NCBI RefSeq assembly: GCF_009914755.1
Contig: NC_060939.1
Strand: one strand, 5' to 3'
Origin: the human T2T-CHM13v2.0 reference genome, Homo sapiens
Length of the DNA: 64,000 nucleotides
Of this stretch, positions 14,151 through 29,000 are shown one piece after another (positions within the stretch are counted from its first letter, which is position 1; each line of letters starts with the position of its first letter). The notes below the pieces were generated by a model. It made no database searches, was not told the DNA's origin, and saw only the letters and a program-made list of their open reading frames with translations. Both the position numbers and the translations under genes were made by a program.

Positions 14151-16838
14151 TCCCTTTCCATAATAACACTTCTGACATCCTCCTAGTTTAAAAATCTCGA
14201 TTCTACATTGAATCAGTTGCCAGATTCTGTCAGTTCTCTCTCCCAGACTTCCCATTTCCCCTTCTTATTGCCTAACCAAAGAAAACCCACTGTCAGCTTG
14301 TTGTGTGCAGGGTCATTGTCTCTTGTGTTCCAAGCCTTTTTGCACCCTCCACAAGTACAGTTCCTCTCCCTTCAAGTCATGTGGACAGGAGAAAATCCAA
14401 GCATCCATGAAATGGCCCCAGCGTACTCTTTCACTCTTCGTTTTGGCTTTTTTCAACCTGTCTTGGGCTGTAGCCAAATGACCACTTGCTCTGGAGGGAT
14501 TCCTCACTGACCCACCTGAGGATTTGTGCTTGTCCTTAGACTGTAACAACCTACCCAGCCTCCTAGGCGCCTAGCCAAAATTCTCTCTGGCTCAGAGCCC
14601 AGACCTCTCCAACGCCTTGCATGCCTTGATGGGACCTTGTTGCAGTTTTCCTTTGACTTTGTGCCCCAGGTTCAGTACCTGGGTTCTTGCCATGTTGTGG
14701 TGACTAATTCCCATCTTCTAACCCACTTCAGGAACTGGGGCACAGCTACTCTTGGCAGTTCTCTCAGAGCCTGAAATTCTCTGCCAGCACCACAGGTTAG
14801 CAGCTGAAACTGCTACCTTGTGCACCTGCCTGAGCAGCTGCATAAATGCCTGCTCCAAGCTTCACCATGACCCTGTTTGCCTGCCTTCCAGAACGGATCT
14901 TGACCTCCACATGTGGACAACTGCTAGGAATGTGGCCCCTGCTTCACGTGTGACCCTCCAGACCTGGAACCTTGTCCTCAATCATCCAAATCCAGGCCAC
15001 TTTACAGTCTGTGTCCCAGGGGTTCCCAAAGTGTGGTCTGCAGGGTGTTACTAGGCACTGGGTGTGGGGTGATTAAATAAATGTAGGCGACATTTAGTTA
15101 TATATAGGTAGTTTTCTTAAGATGTGACTTTGTAGAGCTTTTAACATGTTTTCATGTATTACAGTTCTCCAAGTTCAGAACTGTAATTAAGTGCTGTTCC
15201 CATGCTTATTTCAAAATGAGACCATGTTTTTCACTGAACAGCTCTAGGGATACTGGAAGCACTGGCCACAAGTAGAGTTGGCATATAAAATTTCCAGGTC
15301 CAATTCCTCTCTGGCGAGGCCTAGCCCATTAAGCAGCATCTACTGTGATAAGGAACTGTGGTAGGCGCCACACATAAGCACATATGCTTGGTCCCCAAAG
15401 AGCTCATAGTTCAATGGTAGAGGAATATGTTCATAGGTAAGTGGTAGTAGTTACTTGACTGAGAGTGGATAAAGGTCATTTTGGGACGGTAAGGAGTAAA
15501 TAGTTCTGCAGGAGTATTTGGGGAGTTTTCACAAGAAAGGGATATTTAATTTAGATCTTGAAGGATGATCCAGAAATTCTGCTGTATGCAAAGCATGTGC
15601 AAGATCCAGAATCACACAGTGCTGGGTGTATCTGGGGAGTGCTTGGGTTCTGCGGGTCAGAGATGCAGGATGTGTGAGGGCAAAGTGTGGGCATGAGGCT
15701 GGAGCATAGGCTGGGGCCAACAGAAAAAGGCCTTAAAAATAAAGAAGTTAGACTTTGGAGTGCCCGGATGGAGTTTTGAGAAAGTTTTTAGCACAGTGGT
15801 TATGGCAGTGGTGTGGCATGTGGAGCGGACTCTGCTGGCCCAAGTTCTTCTTTTGGTGCAGATGCAGGCTCAGCTCAGGAAGGCTGACCTGAGGCAAACT
15901 TCCCTTAGCTGGTTATTCATCTGTTATCCTGGACCACATTCTCTCCCAGAGGATGATACTTTTTCATGGTGGAGGATGGTATTGGCCTTTTTTTTCCCCT
16001 TGGTGCCTTACACAGTGACTCATGTCAAGTACGTGCATAACAAATACTGCCTTTTAGAATAAATAAGCGAAGTGTTAAATAAGTCTGTACAGACTACAGG
16101 TGCCACAGTTTTGAGGAGAAGGCCCTCTTTGGGAGCTTGAGTACAGATTGTAGGAAGGTAGGCACTTGGGAGAAGATCTGACTTGTCATTGAAGTGTAGT
16201 TGCAATTGGGATATGGATGAAGAAAGGACAACTCATCCTAGGTAAAGGGGGTAGCCCCTGCAAGTGCCAGAACAGGGCATGGTCAGGATTTAGAGGACAG
16301 AGAAGCTCAAGGAGCTGGGCAGGTGATGCAAGGGTGCTGTCCACACGCTGAGGACAGAGACTTATGGCTCAGGGAGCCGCCAGGGAGCACGACTTGGCCC
16401 TGCCTTGCTGGTTGCCTCAAATGACAGCTCTCCAAACACTTGAAGGGCTAGAAGTGGGACTAGCATGGGAAAAACATGAAACCAAAATGCTAGGGGAAGG
16501 CTGGAGAAGGATACAGCTATCCAAATTGAAGTGAAAAGCAGAGCCTTAGTATTGAAAGCAGGGAAGAGCTCAGCAGAGGACAGGGCAGGAATGAAAGATG
16601 AGACTTAGATGAGCAGCAAGGCTGACTTAAGGAGAAACTGCTGAGTGGTCACTGAGGACTCTTTTTCTCAGAGGCACAGTTCCCAGAGCTGAATGGAGAG
16701 TTTCATACACGTATGAGCTATGCAGTCCACATCAGATACTAAGTACAAAGTGAAATGATGGCTGATCAGTGGTGAGGTGGCTGGGCTGATGGAACAGAGG
16801 TGCATCCTGCAAAGCAGGAAAGATATAAGGTTCAGTCA

Positions 16839-17336
<498 letters not shown>

Positions 17337-17473
17337 TCAGGTAAGGAGCTATGCAGTTGGAGAGAAGAAATGCAGAGAGCATTTTGACAGAACTGCCAGT
17401 ATGGGTGACTGACGGGACAGCTGGACAAAAAGGAGAGAGTCAGAGATCATGTCAAAAGTTTTGAGAGTATGAG

Positions 17474-17489
17474 GCCGCCATCTTGGCGG
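17474..17489 (-). promoter_or_regulatory. YY1 consensus site in a small CpG-containing unique patch
   Basis: GCCGCCATCTT (AAGATGGCGGC on minus) is the full YY1 consensus; motif match only. Confidence 0.4.
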
Positions 17490-18179
17490 GCCCTGGCCGG
17501 CCAGCACACAGATCACGTCCTCAGGCTCTGTGTTTCCTCCGGCTCTGTGTTTGCGCAGCCTCGTGGAAATGGTAGCCAGTGAGCTTGTGTGATTATGAAC
17601 TGTGAATTATTATTTTCGGACTGCCTGAGGGAGGTGGGAGCATCTGTGATAAGATCGTGAGCTCAGGCAGGAGAGGAGTGCTGTGCAGGTGGCCCCTGGC
17701 ATGTGTGTGGACATGTTTCCCGATGGAGAATTGGGAGGAAGAAAATGATTAGAGTGTTAGTGCCAGAAGGCAAGTATAATATGGTCTAAATGTTGTATCC
17801 AATCCTAAATACCCCAATAGGAAGAAAAAAGAAATCAAGCATGTCATTTTTATAATGTAAAATTTGAGGGTAGTGCCAATGGAAAAGGCCTTGAAAACAC
17901 CCATAAAGCTCAAAGGATTGTCCAAATTATTTTTTTTGTGCTCAAATTCTATTGTATCAAATATTACTTGAGAAAGTTTAGATTGACAGCTAAGTCTCAG
18001 GGATGTTTTGTATTATGTGGAGTTTCACTTGAATTGGATTTGACCATTGTGTATAATCAAATCTGAATCCCCAGCATATATTTTAGGGAATAGTAAGTGA
18101 GGTCATTGCATTTGGCATGTTACTGAAAGCAGTGCCCAGGGAATAAATCCTGACATCAACCAGCTAGCTAAGAACATGA

Positions 18180-18753
<574 letters not shown>

Positions 18754-19819
18754 AAAGAATTTTAAAATAAGAGGTGAAGAGGTTAGAGATGTATTAAGAA
18801 CACCATACTAAAATCTGTAATGGAGCTGCAAGAAACAGAAAACCATTCTTCAGTTTTCTGTTGATTGAATGATATAGTGTCCCATGACTTGCAAAGGTCA
18901 GGGTCAGCACAGAGTATATGTTGTTGTCTAAATCAACGACTATGTCAAATAATGCTTGGAACTGATAGATCCAGAGAAGAGAACCAGCCTAGGCCATAAG
19001 GTTGCTCTGGAATGCATCATTGCCTCAAGAGGGACATTCTAGTAACAGGCTTGGCAGAGTCAGTCCTGCCTGAGAACCTCACCATAAAAAGTCACACCTG
19101 TCAATGTCAGCCTCTGTAGAACAGAGCCATTGGGGTTCTCTTTCACTAGAATCCATTTGAAAGTCATCCTGGTCTTTGTCCTTGAGTCAGCAGAAGTGTC
19201 TATTAGAGCATGTTTGAAGAAGGTATTGATTTAATTAAATAATCTTTTTTCAGAATCTCAAAGAGAACAGTTAGCTAAGTTTAATGTCTACCTGAGTACA
19301 CAAAAACTTCACCAACATACACCTTCTTATATTTCTGAAAAGAACTGTGCAGGATGTGACTTGAACAGGTGATAGTGGGCAGAACGGGAAGTCGGAAAGG
19401 CGTGCTTCCAGAAAATAAAAAAGGCTTCGGAACAAACTTCTTTGTCTTCAGTGAGGACTATTGGGAAAATTTGAGGTTAGAAAGGGTAGATTTATGTGGG
19501 GATGTGCTTGGATTGCCATGTGGTGATGGTTAGTTATGCTATTTTTTATATGCTTGTTTCTAGAAAAATAGATTTTTGAACCCTAAGTGCAAAAAATGCC
19601 ATAAGACTTAAGGCAATCATCCAACTTAGGGATGAACTCTGCATATGTCACAAATAATTATAGTTTATAGATTATAGTCATTTTATTTAAAATAAAAATA
19701 AACATTTTAAATGGTTACATTGGACATTTTTATTAAAATTTTGTTTTCAGATTATAAAAGTAATACATGCCACAATTCTTCAAGATCTATTCCACCTATA
19801 TAGAGAAAATACTGTGTGT

Positions 19820-20300
19820 GCCTATTCACATATTCAACAAGTTTTGGTCCTTTTCTATGTACTAGACACTCTTTTAGGTGCTGGGAATACAAAATTTAAA
19901 AGAACTATTCTCATCTTTCAGAAACAGGCAGTCTACAGAAAAATGTGCTCAAATACAATAAAAATCCTGCATGCTGTGAAAGTAGCCTGTGCACAGGGAG
20001 AGCAAAGAGGAGACAGAAGTTAGGGGAGCAAGAGAGTGTAGGGAGGCTTCCTGGGGCAGCGAGAATTGGAGGCCAGTTCCAAAGCAGGAGTGGTTGTTGG
20101 GGGTGGGATCGGGGGAAGTGGGTGGGCAGGGAGACTCCAGGCAGATGGAACAGCATATGAAAAGGCGTGGAGATATGAGAGGGTATTGGCTGGAGGTGGG
20201 CTACTACCAAGTGATGAAACTGGAGAAGTTAATCAGGAAGGCAGCTTGTGAAGGATCTGTGTGCTCGAGAGTGAATCTGATTTCAAATGTGAACAAGACT
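19820..20300 (-). mobile_element. L2 fragments
   Basis: tattcacatattcaacaag...ctatgtactagacactcttttaggtgctgggaatacaaa, reverse L2 3' end. Confidence 0.55.
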
Positions 20301-20763
20301 TTCAGATGTATGACTTAGCCCATTTAGACATCCTCTGAGGTAGAGAGCATAGGTTTATTCTAAGATTGGCTCCTCATTCCATTGGCTAACCTTGGTATTT
20401 ATCAAAGCCTGTGAGCCTAGGTAGCCTCTGTTATACAAACCGTACCCATCCTCATTTGAGGTAGTATCATTGTCATCAAAAGAAACTTTAGGACAGAAAA
20501 CAAGCCAGATAAGCACAATGAGCCCTGGCTGAGCATCCAAGGAACCCACACCTGGCCGGCCTGGAGAGAAGAAGGTGATGATCTTGAGAGGTCTCATTTA
20601 TATGGTGGGAGAAGGCTACTCAGAGGGTTAAAAAAAATGAGATGATAACTAACTAGTGCTGGGACAGAGATTTTCATGGATATTCCCCAAATACTAAGGT
20701 TTAACTACTCTTTAAACTGTCTCATAGATCTAAAGGTCAATTTATTGGCTAAATAATAGTAGC

Positions 20764-21128
20764 TGATATGGTTTGGCTGTGTCCCCACGCAAATCTCATC
20801 TTGAATTGTAGCTCCCATAATTCCCATGTGTTGTGGGAGGGACCTGGTGGGAGATAATTTAATCATGGGAGTGGTTTCCCCCATACTGTTCTCATGGTAG
20901 TGAATAAGTCTCATGAAAGCTAATGGTTTCATGAGGGGAAACCCCTTTTACTTGGTTCTCATTTTTCTCTCTTGCCTGCTGCCATGTAAGATGTGCCTTT
21001 CACCTTCTGCCATGATTGTGAGGCCTCCCTAGCCAGGTGGAACTGTGAGTCCATTAAACCTCTTTTTCTTTATAAATTATCCAGTCTCAGGTATGTCTCT
21101 ATCAGCAGTGTGAAAACAGGCTAATACA
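20764..21128 (+). mobile_element. THE1 solo LTR (THE1C-like, MaLR)
   Basis: tgatatggtttggctgtgtcccca...ctaataca, 365 bp; 5-bp TSD gtagc/atagc. Confidence 0.92.
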
Positions 21129-23431
21129 ATAGCTAATATCTATTGAGCATGTTCTCTGTGCCAGGGGCTTGCTGAGTTTTCATGAGATACAATACGAGAG
21201 CAACCACTTTCCCAATCCTAGCTCTCCAATAAAGATGGCATAAGCTGCTCAATGCAAGTATGGGCACATTTTACCCTCTTAATGGGAGAAAAATTTTTAA
21301 AGTGATGAAGACCAGCACGAAAATGCTCAAGGTGAAATGGCCAGAAACATAGTGTGAGTCTAGTTTTGTCCATATATGAAAGAAACGCAAAAGCATAAAT
21401 TGTATTCATCTCTGGGAAGTGGAAGCCAAGTAATGTGTAGTTCCTTCTTTAGACTTTCTTCTAGAATGAACAGAAACTATTTTTATAATAAAATAATGTT
21501 GTTGTTTTTTTATAAAAGGATGATTTTATCTGGCTGAATTGGAGCCCAGAAGTTGTGAAGGAAAATAATCCTCATGTTTCTCTAACATGCCCCCATGCCA
21601 TTGAACCCTGAGTGTGTGTTTGCATCTGTTGCTATGCAGAAGAGTTTTTATTCTGTCACTGGGGTTAGTTTTTGTTGAGTCAGGGGGGCAGAGACTGGAT
21701 TTGAGTTTCCACAGTTAGAAGGAGACGGGAAATGAACAGAGCTACTTTTTATGGAAGACTTGGTAGAGAAGAGAGGTCAGAAGTTGACAAAACTATCAAA
21801 GAAAGACTAGATGACTCTAGAGCAGAATTGTATGGGGGTCATGAGACTGAAGGTGGCATTAAGTAGGAGCAGCCCACTGTCCTCACCTCTGACAGCACCG
21901 AGCACCCAGGAGGATCCTAAGACTGCAGGCTGGGCATGGCTGGTGTTGTCACATAATGGGCAGGGGTGGGGTGAGAGGAGTGGGGCTTCTTTTGGGTAGG
22001 TAGGTATGTGATAGGTTTGTCTGGATGGTGGAAGCTGAAGCTGAAGACCTGGGTAAGGGATGGCTTGATTTCAAACCAAGAAGGGTGGCCTCATTTTGTG
22101 ATCACAGGCTGATGGAGGCTCAGTGTGAGGTTATGTTGCTAGGAAACGGAAAGAAGATGCATTTATAAGCAAGTAAGAACTTCTGCAACCATTGGAATGC
22201 AGCCCAAAGCTTGGCACAGTTTTTGGTTGGTTTTATGGTTCTGATAAGCACCAGAGTATACAAAGCAGCTGGAGACTGCTAGGGTCCCTATGAAGGAAGG
22301 TGGCAGATGTGCTGACTGACATACACCTACCGGCCCCCATGGGACTTTTATGGCCATGAGCGTTAGGGAGCCACACCTCCCTGTGAAAGACACGACCACA
22401 GTCATCTGCTGTAGCTCCTGCAAAAAGTGAAGTGAAAATTGATTGACTTAAACATTGGATCTTATGAATAAAAACTTCCAAATGTGACTGGTGAAACCCA
22501 ACTTAAATCCGGACCCACCAAAAGTTAACGTGATACCCACAGATTTGATGAGCGCTCTGAGGGGTCCTGCGTTCTTCTCATATGGCCACGGACTTATGAG
22601 GTTTCTCTTCCACTTCCTTCAGGACAGATGCTAATGTCAATTTCAAAATCAGCATAAGGACCCCTTTCTGACAAAGTTCACTTTTACTGAGAGAGTGCTA
22701 TTTTCAGACAGACTTGAAGAGTGTAAATTTGCCATTACACTATTTCTGGAATGAGGAAAGGAATAAAGTGGGTACATTTTTAAAAACCTATCTATCCCAT
22801 TTCAGTGTTTATTGTTATGATATGTAGAAGAAATATAGCTGCTGTTTAAAAAGTGATTTACCATTTAATCAATGAAAGTAGCTTCTCGTGGGCCTAACAC
22901 CACCCTGTCACTTCCTCAGAGGCTGTTGCCCCCATACTGGGGTATGAGGACAGCCTTGGTGCTGTAACAGGACTGTTCTGGGGCCTCTGGAAGGATCTGC
23001 AGTGTTCCCCCAGAGTGTTCTCTTGGATTGCTCCAGGGATACAGAGTGCTGTTGACAGAGGACTGTGTGATAGGTAGCACCCGATGCCCCCTTAGACTGT
23101 TGTAATGCACAGCTGGTCATTTAAGAGCCCTGAGAAGTCCTTGGATCATGGAGTATTTGCAAGTCTAACGGGAGGCACTTGGTGAATGTTTCATAGGTGT
23201 GCTTGAAAAAAAAAGAGAGTATTCTGCCATTACTGATTGGAATGTACTTAGGCATCTATTAGGTTCTAATAGGTCCTGTGTTGTTTGGTTCTTTTATGTC
23301 TTTGATGATTTTCTGTCTAGTAGTTTTATTCTCAATTTTGGTATAAACTTTTGATGATCCTTCCTCCTTACAGCTGCTCTGAATATTCTACTGAACTTGA
23401 TTTCACTATACACAAATTTTGCATAAGTCTA

Positions 23432-23593
23432 GAGCAGTATATTAGAATTATCTGTGAGCTTTAAGAGATGCATATGCCTGAACCATATTCCAGACCAATT
23501 TAAGTCAGATTCCCTAGGGGTGGGTCCTAAGAATCTGCCCTTTAAAATCTCCCTAGGTGGCTCTATTGTGCATTCAGGATTGAGGACCACTGG
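23432..23593. mobile_element. MER5A
   Basis: cagattccctaggggtgggtcctaagaatctgccctttaaaatctccctaggtggctct...ttgaggaccactg. Confidence 0.7.
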
Positions 23594-23680
23594 ATAGAGG
23601 CTATACAACGTGATCCAATTCACGTGTCCCAGGTAACAGACCTGGGTGAAGCCACGAGACCACATCCACTGTGTCTAGAG

Positions 23681-23877
23681 CAGCATTGTCCAGTAGAGCT
23701 GTCTGAGAGGGTGGAAGCTGTGTCTGTGTTGTCTAATGTGGCAGCACTCACCACACACTGCTGTTGGGCACTTAAAATGTGGGGAGTGAGACTGAGGAAC
23801 TGAATTTTTAATTTGATCTTTATTTTAAGTAATTTAAATTTAAATAGCTGCATGTGGCTAGTGACTACTGTAGGCAG
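23681..23877 (+). mobile_element. MER3 (hAT-Charlie)
   Basis: cagcattgtccagtagag...actgaggaactgaatttttaatttg...aaatagctgcatgtggctagtg; flanks gtctagag/ctctagat resemble an 8-bp TSD. Confidence 0.8.
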
Positions 23878-24196
23878 CTCTAGATCCATGTAATTTTTGT
23901 CTTATTTTACCAAAAAAAGAAATACATTTTCACCCGAACTTCCAATGATAAATGATTTTAAGTGGAAGTACTCAGTTAAAAATGTGTTCTTTTATATCAA
24001 ATAGTACATGTATCAGCAAAACACGTGAATTGATATTGTTTCTTCTCTGTGGAGAAGTGAGACTTTAGAAAACAATTCAATGTGCCTCTATGATTACAAA
24101 ATTGCACCTTGGAAAATATTTGTAAATGATTGTGCTGAGGAATAACACTTGTCCTGAGAAATAAACTTACATTTTCTTTCAAATACATGCCTGTTA

Positions 24197-24530
<334 letters not shown>

Positions 24531-24890
24531 AACTTACTCTGAATTCCCCAATTACATTGTTCATCTCTCCATTTCATAAGGCTTGTAGTTTCCAGGAGCA
24601 CAATTGTAACGGTAAAAAAATGTTCAAACCCAACTGTGTTGGACTCAGAATGCTTGCAATCACTCTGTCACCTGTAATCAAGGTGCTGTGATAAGATGCA
24701 TTTGTATTGGCTGTTCAGTGTTTCCTACATGACTGACATAAGTTTGTATGGTGAGCCAGGCCATGAACTCTTGGCACTAGGGAGTAATTCCTTAAACACT
24801 GGCAAAATTCGTTGCAAGATAAATCCTAAGTGCATGTATTTTACACCATAAATTTGAGGTAGCAGGAAAACAAGCTACTCTTCATTTTGA

Positions 24891-25233
<343 letters not shown>

Positions 25234-26779
25234 TAATTTTTAGTGTTGGGAAGAAAAACTAGGAAAAGGAGTGCTTTATCATAAGCTCATCAAGAAAAAG
25301 GGTTATGATAAAATTATTTTGGTTTTGGTTCTTTATAAAATGTTTCTGAAAAATTGAAATAATAAATACAATGTATCACGACAGCACGAAAGTCAGATGT
25401 TAATTTTTCCATATTTTGTTATTCAACAGAAAATCATTAATGATACGCAAAAACTAGGAGGAAGTGTTTAAAAAATAATGGGAAACTATTAATTCTCACT
25501 TTCCATAGCTCCTTTCAGCTTCTGAAACTAAGAACATTAATTTTCACTCAAGCCTGTCCAAGTCCTAAGAAAATCGTAACCAATCCTAAGCCCCTATCAA
25601 TAGGCTCTTCACCAGTTGGTTAAATCTGAATCAGTCTGTAGCCAAGAGTCTGTTGTGTGTATCCCAAGCAGGGCCCAGACAGAGGAAGAGAGAAATCCTG
25701 AGTCCATGCACCTGCCAAGTTTCAGTTTTCTTCTGTTCCAGTCTTTCTGGCATCCATTTCAGGTGCCGCTGACCTAGGGGGAAGGGCTACTGTAACCCAC
25801 TTGAGAGGATGGTCAGCCATCACTCAAATTAACACACTTAGAAGGGCCCAGGAGAATCAGGTTTGTCTGGCGTTCAGCATAACTGTTAGAAAGTGCTAAG
25901 AAGCAGAGGGGTGTTTTTTGGTGTTCCTGCAGGCCTGGGAGAGTGGGCTCTTTGCCCTCTGGGGTGAGCTTTTCTCTGCTCTCACCTACACTGACAGATC
26001 TGCCATTTCTTGTACTACATCTGCCCTCATTGTCTTCCAGTCTCAAAGGATTGAGTGTCCTTCCCCTGTTGGAAGCTGGCCTACTCAGACTACCATGGTG
26101 GCACCAAGCTTTTACACTAAGGACGTTGTGAAAAATGAGAATTTCTGGGCCTTTCCCCCTTTGTGTTCTGATGCTGGGTGTTGCCCAGGGATTTTTGTCT
26201 TTAGCCCCCCCAGGAGAACTTCCCATAGGATTTGGTGGGCCTTCCTTGAGAAATACTCCCTGCTCCATGGAGAGTAACCATCCTCTCCATATTCATTTAT
26301 TTTTATTGAGTCATTCCCTACTCTGTAAGTATGCTCACTTCCCCACTGAAAACAGAATCCTCTCTCAACACCTCTTCTCTGCATTCCTTTATAGTTGACT
26401 TCTCCCGAAGAAACAAACCCCATGCTTGTTGCCTGTTTCCCCACCTTTCTCCTCAGTTCTCTGCAGTCCAGTGTTTGTCCCCAGTACTCCACATTTACTC
26501 TTATTATCCTCCAAACAAACAAAACTCACCAGTCAGCTCCAATCCAGACCCTCCAACAAAGCCTGCAGAGCCCCGTTCCTGCCCCCTGGTCACGTGCAGC
26601 CCTGTCCTGTTCCTCGCTGTCTGCTGCCTTAGGGTCCCGGCTTCCGTATAGCTTCCTGATGTGCAGAGCCCTTTTCTGCCTCAGGCCTTTGCACTGCAGC
26701 TGTCTGGAGCTTATGCCCCCCACCGCAGGCTTCCTCCTCACAAGGGACTATGTCATGTTCTTGGTGTGACAGCATCCGT

Positions 26780-27010
26780 ATCAGAAAGAGGCCTTGCCTG
26801 TGAATGTGATTTAAAGCAGCTATCATTCTCTCTCTTATAGCTCCTGTTATTTTCCTTCAGAGTGCATTTCCTAATTTATATATGTTTTAACAAATTTATT
26901 GATACTTCCCCTCACTAGATTCTGAGTTTTGAAAGGCTAGTGGCCTTACTCGTGTAGTTCATCACTGTACCAAACCCAGTTCCTGAAACATGGTAGATGC
27001 TTTACTTGGA
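26780..27010 (+). mobile_element. L2 3' fragment
   Basis: ccctcactagattctgagttttgaaaggctag...gttcatcactgtacc...cagttcctgaaacatggtagatgc. Confidence 0.55.
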
Positions 27011-28319
27011 GACATAGTGAACCAATGATGCTGTTTTGATGGAGGCCAACTAATGACTCCCTAATTTCCACCTTCTCCACCTGAATGCAGAGCTGCCTGG
27101 GTGAGAGACCATGGCAAGCGATGACTCTGCAGAAAATCTGTGACTTAATATTTGCCCTGAGTGTTCTCAGTTCTCTGACAAACAAAGCCAGACACCCGGC
27201 ACTTCACATCACTGTGGCTGATCCCACTGGTAGAAAGGCCTTGGGGAATGTTGTGTTTTAATGATTTCACTGAAAATAAAACTAAAAGCCTAGTTTCTTC
27301 CTTTGTACAGAAAAATGGTACTGCTGATGTTAACCTTGTGATTACAGGATAATTTCAATAAATTGCTAGAGACTTTTTGTTTTTTTTTTTGTCTTTGCAG
27401 AGTGAATGAAATACAGAGAGAACTACATCCTCCACTTCCTGTGTAGCATTGAGGTATTCAGATCCCCCTTAGGAAAGAAGGTTTCAGGAGCTTTGCCTCT
27501 CAGCATCCCTGTACACACAGCCTGGTTCCTGAGCACAGTGCCTGTCGTGTTCCCATCTAAGCCTCATTTCCTTTCCTTCTTTAGGGACATGAATCTGCTA
27601 GCAATAAAAATATCTAACTGGGTAATAATGTATGCAGGGTACACTGTTAGTGTTCCTAACTGCTGTTAAATGGTGATGGGCGTTAACTGGCATTTTGAAT
27701 ACAGCCCTTACAAAGCCTTTTTTTTTTTTTTTTTTCCCCACTAAAGCTGGTGCCTGCGCAGGTGTCTAAAAAACATGCACAACCCCACAATGGAAACTTC
27801 AACAAGTTCCTAGTCCCTTCAAGAAGCTTTCTCAGCACATGAGACACTCTGAGTGAGAGTCTGGACATTTGGTTGTTTTATTATTTAAGAATGTCTTAGA
27901 ATGTAATAGAAATGAAATATAAATAAGAAATATAATTATGGCAAAGAAAGAAAGTAAATGACCACTATTGCTAAATGGCAAGGCTAGAAAACCCATGAGA
28001 GTCCCTTGTCCAGCATTAGTTTAGTAGAGATGGATACAAAATAAATAAGAAAAATCACTATAATACAGTTGGTTTCCTATGTGCTTCCTGGGATGTGCTT
28101 TACACACATCAAGCCCCTGTGATGCTGAGCAGAAACAGGGGCTTCAGGTTCACACAGGTCAGCTCTTGAGTACGTCTTTGCTACTCCTTGCAATTTCCAT
28201 TATCACTGCCAACTTATCTGGGTCCTTCATACAGTTCATGTGAATTATTGGTAGTGAATAGCTCTTAGTGCTAGGACTTAGTAGCTGGTCAAATGAGGAG
28301 GGGAAGGACAAAGAGGCTG

Positions 28320-29000
28320 TTCATAAATGTACTGAGCATCTACTAATCTGTATCAGGCCTTGTCCCAGATGCCAGGGTGGGACTGATGAAGACCTAGGGT
28401 AGACTCTGAGGACACACAGGGAAGGGTGTGCTGAAGCTCTCGGGTTTGATAATGGGCATGTAAACGGGATTCACAGAGAAGAGCAGGTTTGGGTGAAAGA
28501 TGGTGAGTTCAGACATGGGCACTAAGGACTTGGATTTCCACATGATGATGACTGGCAACACCCCCAAATAAAAGACCAGAGCAGAAGCAGGGGCCAGAGT
28601 CTGAGATGGGGACTCAGGAGCCAGGCCCAAAGTGGTCCCTGAAGTCCTGTGAGTGGATGAGTTTGCTAAGAACATTCAAACAGAAAAGGAGAAATTAGTG
28701 AGATTAGAAGCTTCCAGAGATCTCATGAATTAGTCTGCAGGAAGAAATAAAATCATAGAGGAAATAGAGCTGAAATCATCAGAAAAGTTTGCAAGCCAGG
28801 CAAGTGCCCAAGAAACAAGGCCAGAGAGAGTTCCTCGAAGCAGATGGGCACAGTGACAAGTGCGGTAAAAGGAAAGGCAGCCAAGCCAGAAAATGGCTTT
28901 GACTGACCTGGTGCTGAGAGATGCTGGGGTGAGTTGCTCAGTAGAGCAATGGAGGTGAAAATTGTCCACCAAGGGCTAGGGAGTCAGGGGGTGGGGAGGC
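28320..29000 (-). mobile_element. L2 fragments
   Basis: aaatgtactgagcatctact..., gagaagagcaggtttgggtgaaagatggtgagttcagacatgggcac. Confidence 0.55.

Noticed and set aside
14400-15270. Sequence that looks like old LTR and hAT MITE remnants
   Set aside because: Could not assign family or boundaries with confidence without a database.
19286-19350. Possible 43-nt minus-strand exon (cagttcttttcag|...ctcag|gtagac)
   Set aside because: Donor is weak and pyrimidine tract short; indistinguishable from chance.
25813-26826. Cluster of overlapping 100-150 aa ORFs on both strands
   Set aside because: No recognisable domain, mostly non-ATG starts, overlapping frames typical of locally higher GC sequence, partly L2-derived.
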